Below, piece by piece: positions 12,962 through 29,324 of a stretch of DNA of 64,000 nucleotides (the stretch's first letter is position 1; each line of letters opens with the position of its first letter). Made by a program: the position numbers and the translations under genes. The notes under the pieces were generated by a model, which ran no database searches, had not been told where the DNA came from, and saw only the letters and a list, made by a program, of their open reading frames with translations. The stretch lies in assembly GCF_009914755.1 (NCBI RefSeq), contig NC_060948.1; one strand, given 5' to 3'. This DNA comes from the human T2T-CHM13v2.0 reference genome, Homo sapiens.

Positions 12962-14398
12962 GAGATCCAGGTTTAACCTTCTGCATTTGGCTAGCCAGTT
13001 TTTCCAGCAACATTTATTGAATAGGAAATCTTTCTGTATTGTCTATTTTTGTCAGCTTTGTTGAAGATCAGATGATTGTAGACGTATGACTTTATTTCTG
13101 GGTTTGCTAACCTGTTCCATTAGTCTATATGTCTGGTTTTTTTCCATAGTATCATGCTGTTTTAATTACTGTAGTTTCATAGTATAGTTTGACATTGAGT
13201 TGTATGATGTCTCCAGTTTTGTTCTTTCCGCTTAAAATCGTTTTGACTATTCAGTCTGTTTTTTGATTCCAAATGAATTTTAGAATTAAATTTTATAATT
13301 TGTTTTCTAATTCTGTGAAAATTGTCATTGGTAGTTTAATAGGTATAGCATTGAATCTGTAAATTGTTTTGGGTGGTATGGTCATTTTAATGATATTAAT
13401 TCTTCCTATCTATAACCTTGGAACATTTTTCCATTTGTTTGTGTCTGCTCTGATTCCTCTGAGCAGTGTTTTGTAATTCTCATGTAAAGACCTTTCATCT
13501 CCCTGGTTAGCTGTATTCTTAGGTATTTTATTCTTTCTGTGGCTACTGTGAATGGAAGTGCATTCTTGATTTGGCTGTCAGCTTTGACGTTACTGCTGTA
13601 TAGAAATGCTGCTGCTTTTTGTACACTGATTTTTATCCTGAAAGTTTGCTGAAGTTGTTTATCAGATCTAGGAGCCTTTGGGCAGAGACTATGTGGCCTC
13701 TAGGCATAAAATCATATCGTCAGCATACAGAGATAGTTTGATTCCCTCTCTTCTTATTTGGATGACTTTCATTTCTTTCTCTTGCATAACTACTCTGTCA
13801 AGGACTTCTAGTAGTATGTAACAAATGAATGGTGAGAGTGGGCATCCTTGTCTTTTTCTGATCCTCAAGGGGAATCCTTCCAGCTTTTGCTCATTCATTA
13901 CAATTTTGGCTATGGGTCTGTTATGTATTGCTCATTATTTTGAGATATGATCCTTCAATGCCTAGTTTGTTGATGATTTTTATTATGAAGGGATGTTGAA
14001 TGTTATCAAAAGTCTTCTCAGTATCTATTGAGATGATCATGTGGTTTTTCTTGTTTATGGCAAGAATCACATTTGTTTATTTGCATATGCTGAGTCAACC
14101 TTGCTTCTCAGGAATAAAGCCTACTTGACCGTGGTAGATTAGCTTTTTGGTTTGCTGCTGAATTTGGTTTGCCAATGTTTCACTGAGAACTTTTGCATTT
14201 ATGTTCACTAAGGATATTGGTCTGAGGTTTTTCTTGTTGTGTTTGCTGCTGTTGCATCTCTGCCAGGCCTTGGTATTAGAGTGATGCTGACTTCACAGAA
14301 TAAGTTAGGGAGGAGTCCCTCCTCTTCAGTTTTATGGAATAGTTTCAGTAGAATTGTTGCCAGCTCTGCTTTATATGCCTGGTAGAATTTGGCTGTAA

Positions 14399-14746
<348 letters not shown>

Positions 14747-15114
14747 AAATCCAGTGCTATTACAGGTTGGGGAAGTTTTTATTACTGTTTCTGAACACTT
14801 TCTTTTTGCTGTCTGTTGTTGTTTAGCTGATACACATTGCTTATTTGGAGTGTGTAATTTTATACGTGTCATCTTTTAGTGTAGTTGTAAGGATGATAGA
14901 CTGTTTGATATCCTCTCTAGTGTTTGAATATGTTTCCAGTTTGAATCCCAGAAAATATTTTGCCTTTCAACTTTGAGAACCCATTTTGGGGTTGCTCTGG
15001 CTTAATACCATATACACAAAAGCCAACTAAATGCAAGCACAGATGGAAAAGAAACTATGTACTTACCAGGAAAGACAATAAGCTGTCCTCTCCAACTAAA
15101 AAGAAAAAGAAATT

Positions 15115-15418
<304 letters not shown>

Positions 15419-15631
15419 GAAGAAGGAATTTTTTTTTTAACAAAAACTCAATCCAAAGGGAACAGTTCTTTCACCTGGACCTTAAGACTGAAGTCAACCA
15501 GGAATAGAAGAGTCCTCACAAACAAGAGATCTCCCACCTGAGGGGCAAGACCCCTCTCTATCCAGGTCCAAATAAAACAGAATTTGACCAAAGTTGGGAC
15601 TTCAGTTCAAACATCTAGATATGACATTTTA

Positions 15632-15922
15632 GGTCATGGGTGGTGACTCACACTTGTATAATCTCAGCACTTCGGGAGGTTGAGATGTACAAGTTACATG
15701 AGTGTCATGAGTTTGAGACCAGACTGGTCAACGTGGTAAATCCCGTCTTTACTAAAAATACAAAAATTAGCTGGGCATGGTGGCGGATGCCTATAATTCC
15801 AGCCACTCGGGAGACTGAGGTGGGAGGATCCCATGAACTCAGGAGGTGGAGATGAAAATGAAATGAGATTACACCACTGTATTGCAGCCTGGGTGACAGA
15901 ATGAGACTCTGTCTCAAAAAAA
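15632..15922 (+). mobile_element. Alu (old, AluJ-like)
   Basis: Diverged dimer; acatttta on both flanks. Confidence 0.88.
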
Positions 15923-16218
15923 GTGACATTTTAATCAGTCTTGGAAATATAACCAAATGTTTTCAATTGTATTTTGGTATAGAGAATATTTTAATTGAAC
16001 TTATGTAAATAATCCTAATTTTATAAGAATACTGAGAATAGTTTCAGAATTCTGGGGCATCAAGCTAGAATAGAAAAAATTACAAGGGGAAAGAGGCAAC
16101 CTGCAGAAGTAGGGCAGCTCAAAGGGCCCCAGTGTCAGTTCCTCACATTATAGTTGTATGGGCCTGCAATTTTCTCCAAAATGAGTCAGCTCTGGAATCC
16201 TGTTTCTGACACAAAGCA

Positions 16219-16975
<757 letters not shown>

Positions 16976-17335
16976 ATGTATTTATTTTTACTTTATGAGT
17001 AAATAATACGTATATATATTTATGAGATACATGAGATATTGTGATACACGCATACAATGTATAATAATTACATCAGAGTAAATTGGGTTTCCATCATCTC
17101 AAGTATTTATCATTTCTTTATTGTTATCATCCCCCTCCCACTACCCTCCCTAGCCTCTGGTAAGGATTTTCCCATCTCCATGAGTTCAATTCTTTTAATT
17201 TTTAGCTCTCGCAAATGTGTGAGAACATGAAAAATCTGCCTGGCTGATTTCCATAACATAATGTCCTCTAGTTTTATACATATTTTTGCAAATGGCAGAA
17301 TCTCATTCTTTTTTATGGCTGAATACTATGCAGTT

Positions 17336-17377
17336 GTGTGTGTGTGTATGTATATTATATATATGTGTGTGTGTGTA

Positions 17378-17441
<64 letters not shown>
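17336..17441. repeat. Compound microsatellite (GT)n-(AT)n-(T)n
   Basis: Directly visible; merges into the tail of an Alu. Confidence 0.95.
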
Positions 17442-17447
<6 letters not shown>

Positions 17448-17713
17448 AGACAGAGTCTTACACTGTTGTCCAGGCTGGAGTGCAGTGGCGTGATCTCTGC
17501 TTCCCAGGTTCAAGCGATTCTCCTCCCTCAGCCTTCTGAGTAGCTGGGATTACAGGCACCCACCACCACACCCAGCTAATTTTTTTTGTATTTTTAGTAG
17601 AGACAGGATTTCACCATGTTGGCCAGGCTGGTCTTGAACTCCCGACCTCGTGATCCGCCTGCCTCGGCCTCCCAAAATGCTGGGATTACAGGCATGAGCC
17701 ACCACACCCAGCC
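17420..17713 (-). mobile_element. Alu (AluS), small internal deletion
   Basis: Dimer lacking the ggctcactgcaacctc segment. Confidence 0.9.
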
Positions 17714-18307
17714 TGTTTTGTCTGTTGATGGACATTTAGGTTTCTTCTAAATCTTGGGTATTGTGAAGAGTGCTTTAATAAACATGGGGATGACAGTATG
17801 TCTTCGACATGCTGATTTCCTTTCTTTCAGGTATATACTTGGCAGTGAGATTGCTGGATCACACAATCCAGCAATCTGGATTTTTAGTGTTCAGAGAAAC
17901 ATCCATACTGTTCTTTATAGTTGTTCTAGTAATTTACATTCCCACTAACAGTGTATTAGAAATCCCTTTTCTCCACATTTTTGCCAGCATTTGCTATTGC
18001 CCGGCTTGTGAACAAAAACCACTTTAACTGGGGTGAGGTTACATTTCATTGTAATTTTGGTTTTAATTTCTCTGATAATCAATAATAATGAACACGTATT
18101 CATAAACCCATTTGCCATTACTATGTCTTCTTTTGAGAAATTTTTACTCAGATCTCTTGCCAGACTTTTTTCTACTGTGTTGTTTGAGCTTCTTATATAT
18201 TCTGGTTATTAATCACTTGTCAGATGGATAGTTTGCAAATATTTTCTCCTATTTTGTGGGTTGCCTCTTCTCTTTATTGGCTCCTTAGGGATTGCTGTGC
18301 AAAAGCT

Positions 18308-18640
<333 letters not shown>

Positions 18641-19414
18641 TAACTTGATGTGATGCTACTTTTCTATTTTTGCTTCAGTTGCCTTTGATTCGTGGTATTA
18701 CTCAAGAAATATTTCCCTAGACCAATGCCCTGGAGAGTCTTCCCAATGTTTTCTTCCAGTAGTTTCATGGCTTGAGATCTTAAAGTCTTCAATACATTTT
18801 GATTTGATTTTTGTTTATGGTGAGAAACAGGAGCCTAGTTTCATTTTTATGCATATGAATATCCAGTTTTCCCTGCACTTTTATCAAAGAGACTTTCTTT
18901 TCCCCAATGTATGTTCTTAACACCTTTGTCAAAAATGAGTTCATTATAGACGTATGGATTTATTTCTGGTTGTCTATTCTGTTACATTGGTCTATGTGTC
19001 TGTTTTTATGCCAGTACCATGTTGTCTGATTTCTATAGCTCTGCTGAATAACTGCAAATCAAGTTATGTGATTTCTCCAGTTTTGTTCTTTTTGCTCAGA
19101 ATGGCTTTGGCTATTCTGGGTCTTTTGTGGTTTCATACAAATTTAAGAAATATTTTTGTTCTATTGTTGTGAAGTGTCATTAGTATTTTGATAGGGATTT
19201 CACTGAATCTGTGGATTGCTTTGGGTAGTATGGATATTTTAATAAGATGGATTCTTCTAATCCATCAACAGGGAATGCCTTTCCATTTGTGTGTGTGTGT
19301 GCCCGTGTGTATGTGTGTGTCTATCTGTGTGTGTTCTTTAATTTCCTGCATCAATGTTTCATAATTCTCATTATAGAAGTGTTTTACTTCTCTGAGTAAG
19401 TTTATTCCTAGGTA

Positions 19415-19747
<333 letters not shown>

Positions 19748-19759
19748 TAAAGTAAAATA

Positions 19760-19920
19760 CTGGTTACCAGAGGCTTATTGGTGGGGAGGACTGGAGAAAT
19801 GCCAATCAAAGAGCACATAATTTTTAAGTTAAGCAGGAGGAATAAGTTTAAGAGATCTATTGTACAACATGGTGACTATAGTTAATAACCAATTTCATGC
19901 TTGAAAATTGTGAAGAGAAA
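19760..19920 (+). mobile_element. L1MA 3'-end fragment
   Basis: ggttaccagaggc...ggaggaataagtttaagagatctattgtacaacatggtgactatagttaataa. Confidence 0.75.
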
Positions 19921-19994
19921 ACCTAACTCAACAACACATTTAAAAGATTGTTCATCATGTCCAAGTATAATTTATCTAAGGGATGCAAGGGTGG

Positions 19995-20226
19995 AGTATG
20001 CAGCCACAGCCAAGGAATGGCAGCAAGCACAAGATGCTAAAGAGAAATGGAATAGATTCTCTCCTAGAGCCTCTGAAAGGAGCATAGTCCTGCCAACACC
20101 TTTATTTCCACCCTGGGATACTGATGTGTGAATTTTGTATCATGTGGAACTGTGAGAAAATACATTTTATGTTGTGTGCCACCAAGTTTGTGGTAACTTA
20201 TTACAGCAAACACAAGAATCTATACA
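19995..20226 (+). mobile_element. MLT1-type MaLR LTR fragment
   Basis: gccaaggaatg...gattctctcctagagcct...gaactgtgagaaaatacattt...gtttgtggtaacttattacagca. Confidence 0.8.
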
Positions 20227-20415
20227 TCCTCCTAAGTATTTTCCTGTATGTAACTCCTTGTTTTTTTTCACAGAAGCACCAGGCACTGATGATCCATACA
20301 TAAATGAATAGGTCCTGCATGTTTCCCTGCTCCTTTATAGAAGAGTCCAACACTTGGATTCTAAACATATGGAATAGTGCCACAGTGATCCAAGTACTAA
20401 GGGATGAGAGGAGAG

Positions 20416-20428
20416 TTTTTGTTTTTTG

Positions 20429-20459
<31 letters not shown>

Positions 20460-20743
20460 TGTTTTTATCTGTTTTGATCTTGATCTGTTGCCCAGGCTGG
20501 AGTACAGTGGTGTGCTCACTGCAACATCTGCCTCCCAGGTTCAAGCAATTCTCCAGGCTCAGCCTCCCAAGTAGCTGGGATTACAGGCATGCACTACCAG
20601 GCCTGGCTAATTTTTGTATTTTTAGTAGAGACGGGGTTTCACCGTCTTGGGCAGGCTGGTATCAAACTCCTGACTTCAGATGATCCGCCTGCCTTGGCCT
20701 CCCAAAGTGCTGAGAATTACAGGTATGAGCCACTGTGCCTGGT
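20416..20743 (-). mobile_element. Alu (AluS) with (TTTTG)n tail
   Basis: Dimer. Confidence 0.92.
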
Positions 20744-21356
20744 CAAGTTTTTGCTTTTAAGTCAACCTCAGGGAGTTTGGGAAATGCCACTAAAAGATAA
20801 TCACTCATATTTGAGCAGAGGAAGAAGCCATATTATATTCCAGGAGTGATAACAATCAGATGGTTATAGTTCCCTGTGATTGAGAATCACTTTATTTCCC
20901 AATATAAATTTGGAGGACACAGATTATGTAATTTCTGCAAGCTTCACATTTTGTAAATAAAATATCAATTAACATTTCACACTGTATTTATTGATGGAAC
21001 TTAAGCAAGAAAACAAATTTTCAGAAGTAAGTTCTTCTGTGTTATTTTAATTGGCCCTTAGACAAACAAAATCCCCATCCACGTTTATTATAACAAGTCC
21101 TACAATACACAGTTGCATTTTAGAAAGTAATAAGTTTAATCTTATCTCTTTCAGTACAAAAACCTCTAAGAGTAACCAAGTTTGTATTCTACCAGGTTGT
21201 GTTAACAAGGTGAATAGGCAAAATTTACTTATGGTTTTGTCACATGTTGTTAATATCAGAGGTCAGTGTTATGCATATCACTCTACTGCTTCTTTTGCTT
21301 ATGGATTTATTAGGCACACCAGTAAAAGTTAGAAGATAAAGGATATCATTTTAAGT

Positions 21357-21870
21357 TGTGACAAAGTAGCAGATGTAAGTAGCCAGGCTTGCTTATTCTG
21401 CTTGCCTGCAGAAGTTTACGAAGCCCCTCATATCGTGATGGAATGCAGCCCTCCGGAAGAATGCCCTGAAAATGATAAGCAGGACAGATCATGGGTTTCC
21501 ATGCCTGTTGCATGAATCACTGCATTTTTAGAAAAGGTAAGTCTAATGACCCTGACCCTTGCCTCTTCCTGTACATAAGATACAGGAATTCATGACTACA
21601 CCTCTTTAATCTATAACCAGATGTACCCTTGCACCCAAACTTTTGATGATATTTTGCTTTAGTGGTAACTTTTATAAAAAAATTAGATAAAATTTCTGAG
21701 CACACACAGATGCACCACCACCTGGGTATGGTGATCGCTCTTGGTTGAATCACCGTGTTGGAGTAGTCTAACAAAAACTTTCCAAAAGACTTTCCTGGGG
21801 TGTAATTCTCACTAAGACTATGAATAACATTAACTTTAATTATTTGAAAGCTTGATTTTCTTCTTTTTAG
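21357..21870 (+). mobile_element. Probable ERV1-class solo LTR
   Basis: TG start (tgtgacaaag), LTR-like internal motifs and an AATAA-like signal near 21823; family uncertain. Confidence 0.5.
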
Positions 21871-22003
21871 TTAAAAGTTATCCTGCTATGTGATTCTCTC
21901 AAAACATTCATTATGTTTTGCAGGAGAAAAATAGCCAAAATATTAAGAAATAGTAAATAATAAGCATCACTTATCATATAATTGCAAAAGATATTATAAA
22001 AGT

Positions 22004-22290
22004 CCTGTAATTCCAGCACTTCGGGAGGCCAAGGCAGGCAGATCACCTGAGGTCGGGAGTTTGAGACCAGCCTGACCAACATGGAGAAACCCCATGTCTA
22101 CTAAAACTACAAAATTAGCCAGTCATGGTGGCGCATGCCTGTAATCCCAGCTACTCAGGAGGCTGAGGCAGGAGAATCACTTGAACCCGGAAAGCAAGGT
22201 TGCAGTGAGCCAAGATCATGCCATTCACTCCAGCCTGGGCAACAAGAGTGAAACTCCGCCTCAAAAAAATAAAATAAAATAAAATAAAAG
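22004..22290 (+). mobile_element. Alu (AluSp-like), 5'-truncated
   Basis: Starts at cctgtaattccagcac; (AAAAT)n tail. Confidence 0.93.
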
Positions 22291-23199
22291 ACTTTAATAT
22301 TTTCTAGAATATTTTATATGCTAGCATTACTAGACTGGGTTTGATGGGAATGGATTTCTTGATGTTTGGACATGTATTGGACATTAACTTTTGAACTTTG
22401 TGAATGCATTATATTTTCAAATGAGTTTATTTTCCAGTTAATTTTTAACTTAAATAACATATGCATGTTTTTTGATACTTCGAATTATGCACAATGGAAT
22501 CTTTCCTGGGGAAACAAGAAAATGTGTGCAAAGATGTAATATGCTCACAGAGTTGTTCTTAATAGAAACAGGGGAAGTAAACCTAAATATTTATAAGTAG
22601 AGATAATGTTAATTATATCTAAATCCATATAATTTACATAAAATTTATGCAAAAATTAATGAAGAGACAGTTATACTACACCTCATGTAATCTCTAAATA
22701 CATTTGCAGATTGATGTCTTTTCAAGACAGGGATGTCACCATTTCACTTTAAAATGAGAAAAGAGATAAGTAAATAGAGTTTCAGACCAGCAGGCTAACT
22801 TTGGTATAAGAAAAAAGAATAATGGAAGATAGACAAGAGGGTTAGAAGTAAGGAATCATCAAATAAACAGTTATGAAAGATACCCAGAATTAGAGTTTAT
22901 ATACTGAGAATGATTTCTCTAACAAGAAATGTGGGTAGAAATGCTCCATCAAAATGAGATTGTAAGCCTTAACAGAGCTATTATAATGCAGGATTCTGGA
23001 TTCAATTTGGAAAACAGTTGAAGTAGGTTTAACATGCATAGGATGGACGTGCAGAGGGTGTTAATAGGATTTCCTTCCAAAAGATTACATTGAAGTCCCC
23101 ATGTGAGGCTATACAAAAAATACAGTTACATGTCTAAATAGTTAGGGCTATCTGAACAAATTTCACAGAGAACTGGCCTTGGTCAAAGAACAAGCCTTG

Positions 23200-24504
<1,305 letters not shown>

Positions 24505-24531
24505 TTGAAATTCTTGTATTTTCCCAAATAG

Positions 24532-24792
<261 letters not shown>

Positions 24793-24810
24793 TAAAATGG
24801 CTCCATAGAT

Positions 24811-25075
24811 GAAGCCACTTTTGATCTTTCACTCTTTGTGGCTAAGACTATGCATAGGTTTTCCATAGCAGCCTTGTCAATTAGGACCACCTCCTTTATG
24901 ATCCTGGTTCTTGCTGTCATCTTTGAGACTGAGAAGTTGCAAATGGAACAACAGCAACAATGGCAGCTGCAGCAGACACTTCTCCAGCATTATAGTGCTG
25001 TAAGGAGGAATGTGTTCTGTCAGGGGCTCTACATTTACTTTCTGGAAAGACCTAGACTGTGACTGCTGTTTTTTG
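24811..25075 (+). pseudogene. TOMM22P2: 5'-truncated processed pseudogene of TOMM22 (mitochondrial import receptor TOM22), probably TOMM22P2
   Basis: Reads EATFDLSLFVAKTMHRFSIAALSIRTTSFMILVLAVIFETEKLQMEQQQQ versus recalled TOMM22 GATFDLSLFVAQKMYRFSRAALWIGTTSFMILVLPVVFETEKLQMEQQQQ. After a frameshift comes ggg gct cta cat tta ctt tct gga aag acc tag (parent GALPSLPGKI*), stop at 25053-25055. Intronless. The P2 numbering is from memory. Confidence 0.9.
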
Positions 25076-25079
25076 GGTT

Positions 25080-26520
25080 GCCATGGTGAGACAATGGCCT
25101 TAGTGCCACTCTGATTTACCATCATTTTGGGTTTCCCATCTCAGCACATCATTCATAGGTTATGTTGCAGATTTCTTTTTCTTTCTTTCTTTTTTTTTTT
25201 TGAAACGAAGTCTCGCTCTTGTCGCCCAGGCAGGAGTGTAGTGGTGTGATTTCGGCTCATTGCAATATCTACCTCCCCAGTTCAAGCGATTCTCCTGCCT
25301 TAGTCTCCTGAGTAGCTGGGATTACATGTGCGTGCCACACGCCCAGCTAATTTTTTTTGTATTTTTAGTAGAGACGGGGTTTCACAATGTTGGTCATGCT
25401 GGTCTTGAACTCCTGACCTCATGATCTACCCACCATGGCCTCCCAAAGTGCTGGGATTAGACGTGTGAGCCACCGTGCCTGGCCTGGTTGCAGATTTCTT
25501 TCAGCTCTTGTCATTCCAGTTGAAGAGAGACCATTCTAGAGATGGCTGCAGGCAAGCATTTAAAACCTTTGAGAGAACAACAGCACATCAGGGAGAGTAT
25601 TATCATGACTATTGGGAGGATAATACCAAGAAGTTGGAGTATGCTCTTTACCTAAGGTACCACAAACCAGAACTTAAGATTAAATAGATCAAAGGATAAG
25701 CTAGATAAAGAGTCTACATACTTAACTAAGCAGTCTTTTCATTAATCTTCTACCAGTGAATTTTTCCAGTAGGCCATGAGTACCAGCAACTGGAGAGATA
25801 CTTCTCTGTTCTGCCAATTCTGTGTGAACTCCAAAAGAGAATTTAAAGTTTGTTGCATCCTTTACAGTGGAATTTGCTATACAGCCTATCATGAGCATAC
25901 ATTTGTAATCATTGCTTCTTCTATTTTAAACCATGGAAGAAAAACCTAACAAATGATGCCTTTCAGGAAGAGTGAAGGCCTCCTGGTAATGTTCTCTTTA
26001 ACCCATGATGTGGGTTAAGAGGAATGAACCAATATTTTGTTTCTGATTGATTATGAGGCAATGTATGTACCATTAAAGTTTCTTACTGACATTGGGCCTT
26101 TATCTTGTATCCACCAAAGTATAAAGTTATCCATGTATAAGGCTGGCTGTAAACACATTCACAAATAAAAGTACACCCCATAAGTGCATATAAGAGACCT
26201 CCTTTCCATTTCTATTGTTCATAGAGCCATAGCAAGATAAAATTTTCAAAGATAAGTTTCATGATAGTAGAAGTCTTAATCTGTGAACTTTAGAAAAGTT
26301 GCTTACATCAAAGACAGCATGCTCTTCTGGGGAGAAACCTCCCTGGTTAGTTTTACCTTAAGGGTTCCAATGGATGTACAGTTCCAAGAGTGTGGAGGGA
26401 CCCTTCTCAGCTGTGAGATGATAAACCTAAAGTTCAAGGTCCTTAAGTTTTGCTGTAGTGTGGATGGCAAGGTCAGTTTTTCTTTGATGTTCTCAGAAGA
26501 TCCAAACTGTAAAAAGCTTT
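25080..26520 (-). mobile_element. ERV1 (MER4-group) internal-like sequence, left of the L1 cassette
   Basis: Degenerate internal-region similarity by recall; appears to continue at ~29325. Confidence 0.6.
25179..25486 (-). mobile_element. Alu (AluSg/Sc-like)
   Basis: Dimer; TSD gttgcagatttcttt at 25164-25178 and 25487-25501. Confidence 0.95.
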
Positions 26521-28538
26521 CACAGCAAGGCTGCTGTGGTCAGACTGCCTCTCTAGATTCCTTCTCTCTGGGCGTGGCATCTCTAAAAAAAAAAGGCAAG
26601 AGCCCCAGTCAGGGGCTTATAGACCAAACCCCCATCACCCTGGGACAGAATACCTGGGGGAAGGGGTAGCTGTGGGCAGCTTCTACAGACTTAAATGTTC
26701 CTGCCTGTCAGCTCTGAAGAGAGCAGCGGATCTCCTAGCACAGCGTTTGAGCTCTGCTAAGGGTCAGACTACTGCCTCAAGTGGGTCCCTGACCCCTGTG
26801 TATCCTGACTAGGAGACTTCTCCCAGTAGGAGCTGACAGACGCCTCATACAGGAGAGCTCTGGTTGGCATCTCCTGTACGATGGTGGGTATCCCCCTAGA
26901 ATGAAGCTTCCAGAGGAAAGAACAGGCAGCAACCATTGCTGTTCTGCAGCCTCTGCTGGTGACACCCAGGCAAACAGGGTCTGGAGTGGACCTCCAGCAA
27001 ACTCCAGCAGGCCTGCAGCAGAGGGGCTGACTGTTAGAAGGAAAACTAACAAACAGAAAGGAATAGCACATCCATTCAGAGACCCCATCAGAAGGTCACC
27101 AACATCAAAGACCGAAGGTAGATAAATCCATAAAGATGGGGAGAAACCAGCGCAAAAAGGCTGAAAATTCCGAAAAGCAGAATGCCTCTTCTCCTCCAAA
27201 GGAACACAACTCCTCATCCTCAAGGGAAGAAAAATGGGTGGAGAATGAGTTTGATGAATTGACAGAAGTAGGTTTCAGAAGGTGGGTAATAACAAACTCC
27301 TCTGAACTAAAGGAGCATGTTCTAACCCAATGCAAGGAAACTAAAAACCTCGAAAAAAGGTTAGAGGAATTGCTAGCTAGAATAACCAGTTTAGAGAAGA
27401 ACATAAATGACCCGATGGAGCTGAAAAACACAGCCCAAGAACTCTGTGAAGCATACACAAGTATCACTAGCTGAATCAATCAAGAGGAAGAAAGGATATC
27501 AGACATGGAAGATCAACTTAATGAAATAAAGATAAAAGACACGATTATAGAAAAAAGAATAAAAAGGAATGAATAAAGCCTCTAAGAAATATGGGACTAT
27601 GTGAAAAGACCAAATCTACATTTGACTGGTGTACCTGAAAGTGATGGGGGAGAATGGAACCAAGTTGCAAAACACTCTTCAGGATATGATCCAGAAGAAC
27701 TTCCCCAACCTAGCAAGGCAGGCCAACATTCAAATTCAGGAAATACAGGGAACACCACAAAGATATTCCTTGAGACGAACAACCCCAAGACATGTAATTG
27801 TCAGATTCACCAAGGTTGAAATGAAGGAAAACATGTTAAGGGCAGCCAAAGAGAAAGGTCGGGTTATCCACAAAGGGAAGCCCATCAGACTAACAGCAGA
27901 TCTCTCTGCAGAAATCCTACAAGCCAGAAGAGAGTGGGAGCCAATATTCAACATTCTTTAAAAAAAAAGAATTTTCAACCCAGAATTTCATATCCAGCCA
28001 AAGTAAGCTTCATAAATGTAGGAGAAACAAAATCCTTTACAGACAAGCAAATGCTGAGAGATTTTTGTCACCATTAGAACTGCCTTACAAGAGCTCCTAA
28101 AGGAAGCACTAAACATGGAAAGGAACAACCAGTACCAGCCCCTGCAAAAACATGCCAATTGTAAAGACCATCAACACTATGAAGAAACTGCATCAACTAA
28201 TGGACAAAATAACCAGCTAGCATCATAATGCCAGGATCAAATTTACACATAACAATATTAAACTTAAATGTAAATGGGCTAAATGTCCCAATTAAAAGAC
28301 ACAGACTGGCGAATTGGATAAAGACTCAAGACCCGTCGATGTGCTGTATTCATGAGACACATCTCATATGCAAAGACACACGTAGGCTCAAAATAAAGGG
28401 ATGGAGGAACATACACCAAGCAAATGGAAAGCAAAAAAAGCAGTTTGCAATCCTAGTCTCTGAGAAAACAGACTTTAAACCAACAAAGATCAAAAGAGAA
28501 AAAGAACGGCATTACATAACGGGAAAGGGATCAGTGCA
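26521..28538 (+). mobile_element. L1PA 5' part: partial 5'UTR, broken ORF1, start of ORF2
   Basis: MGRNQRKKAENS... (ORF1 start, 27136), TPRHVIVRFTKVEMKE, MPGSNLHITILNLNVNGLN (ORF2 EN, 28228); ends abruptly after KERHYITGKGS. Confidence 0.93.
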
Positions 28539-28544
28539 CGCTAG

Positions 28545-29324
28545 TCACTTCCACTCAACATTGTGCTAGAGGTTCTAGTTAGGGGAACTGGGAAAGGAAA
28601 AGAAATAAAAGTCATATATACTGGAAAGAAAGAAGTAGACCTATCTCTATTTGCAGATGACATCATCTACATAAGAAGTCCTAAATAATCCCTTAAAAAA
28701 AACCCACAACTACTAACAAACTAATTAAGCAAGTTTATGTTATACAAGACAAATATAAAGAAATCAGTTGTATTTCTATACATTAGCAATGAACATCCAA
28801 AAAGTGACATTAAGAAAACAATGCTATCTGCAATAGAATAAAAAAGAATAAAATACTTTGGAAAATTTTAACAAAAGAAATGTAAAAATTATACACTGAA
28901 AACTCTAAATAATTGTTAAAATAAGTTGAAAAATATCTAGATAAGTGAAAGACACCCCATGTTCATGGATAATATTGATTATTATCTTAAAATTAAAGAC
29001 TTATTATTAAGCCTTTAAGATGCCAATGCCCCACCAATTATCATGCAGATTCAACACAATCTCTATCAAAATCCTTGCTGCCTTTTTTTTTTTGGCAGAA
29101 ATCGACAAGCTGAACTTCAAATTCAAAAATGCAAGGGACTCAGAATGGCCGAAACACTTTTCAAAAAGAACAAAGTTGGAGGGCTCACACTTCCCGGTTT
29201 CAAAACTTACTACAGAGTCATTAAGATAGTGCAATACTGGCTCACATGCATATGTATATGCATGCAATACTGGCTCACAGATGCATATTGATAAAACAAA
29301 ATTGTGAAGCCAGAAAAAAAAAAA
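28545..29324 (+). mobile_element. Older L1M-type ORF2 (RT region) fragment
   Basis: ctatttgcagatgacatcatc (LFADD), CRFNTISIKI, aaagttggagggctcacacttcc; much more degenerate than the adjacent L1PA part. Confidence 0.8.
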
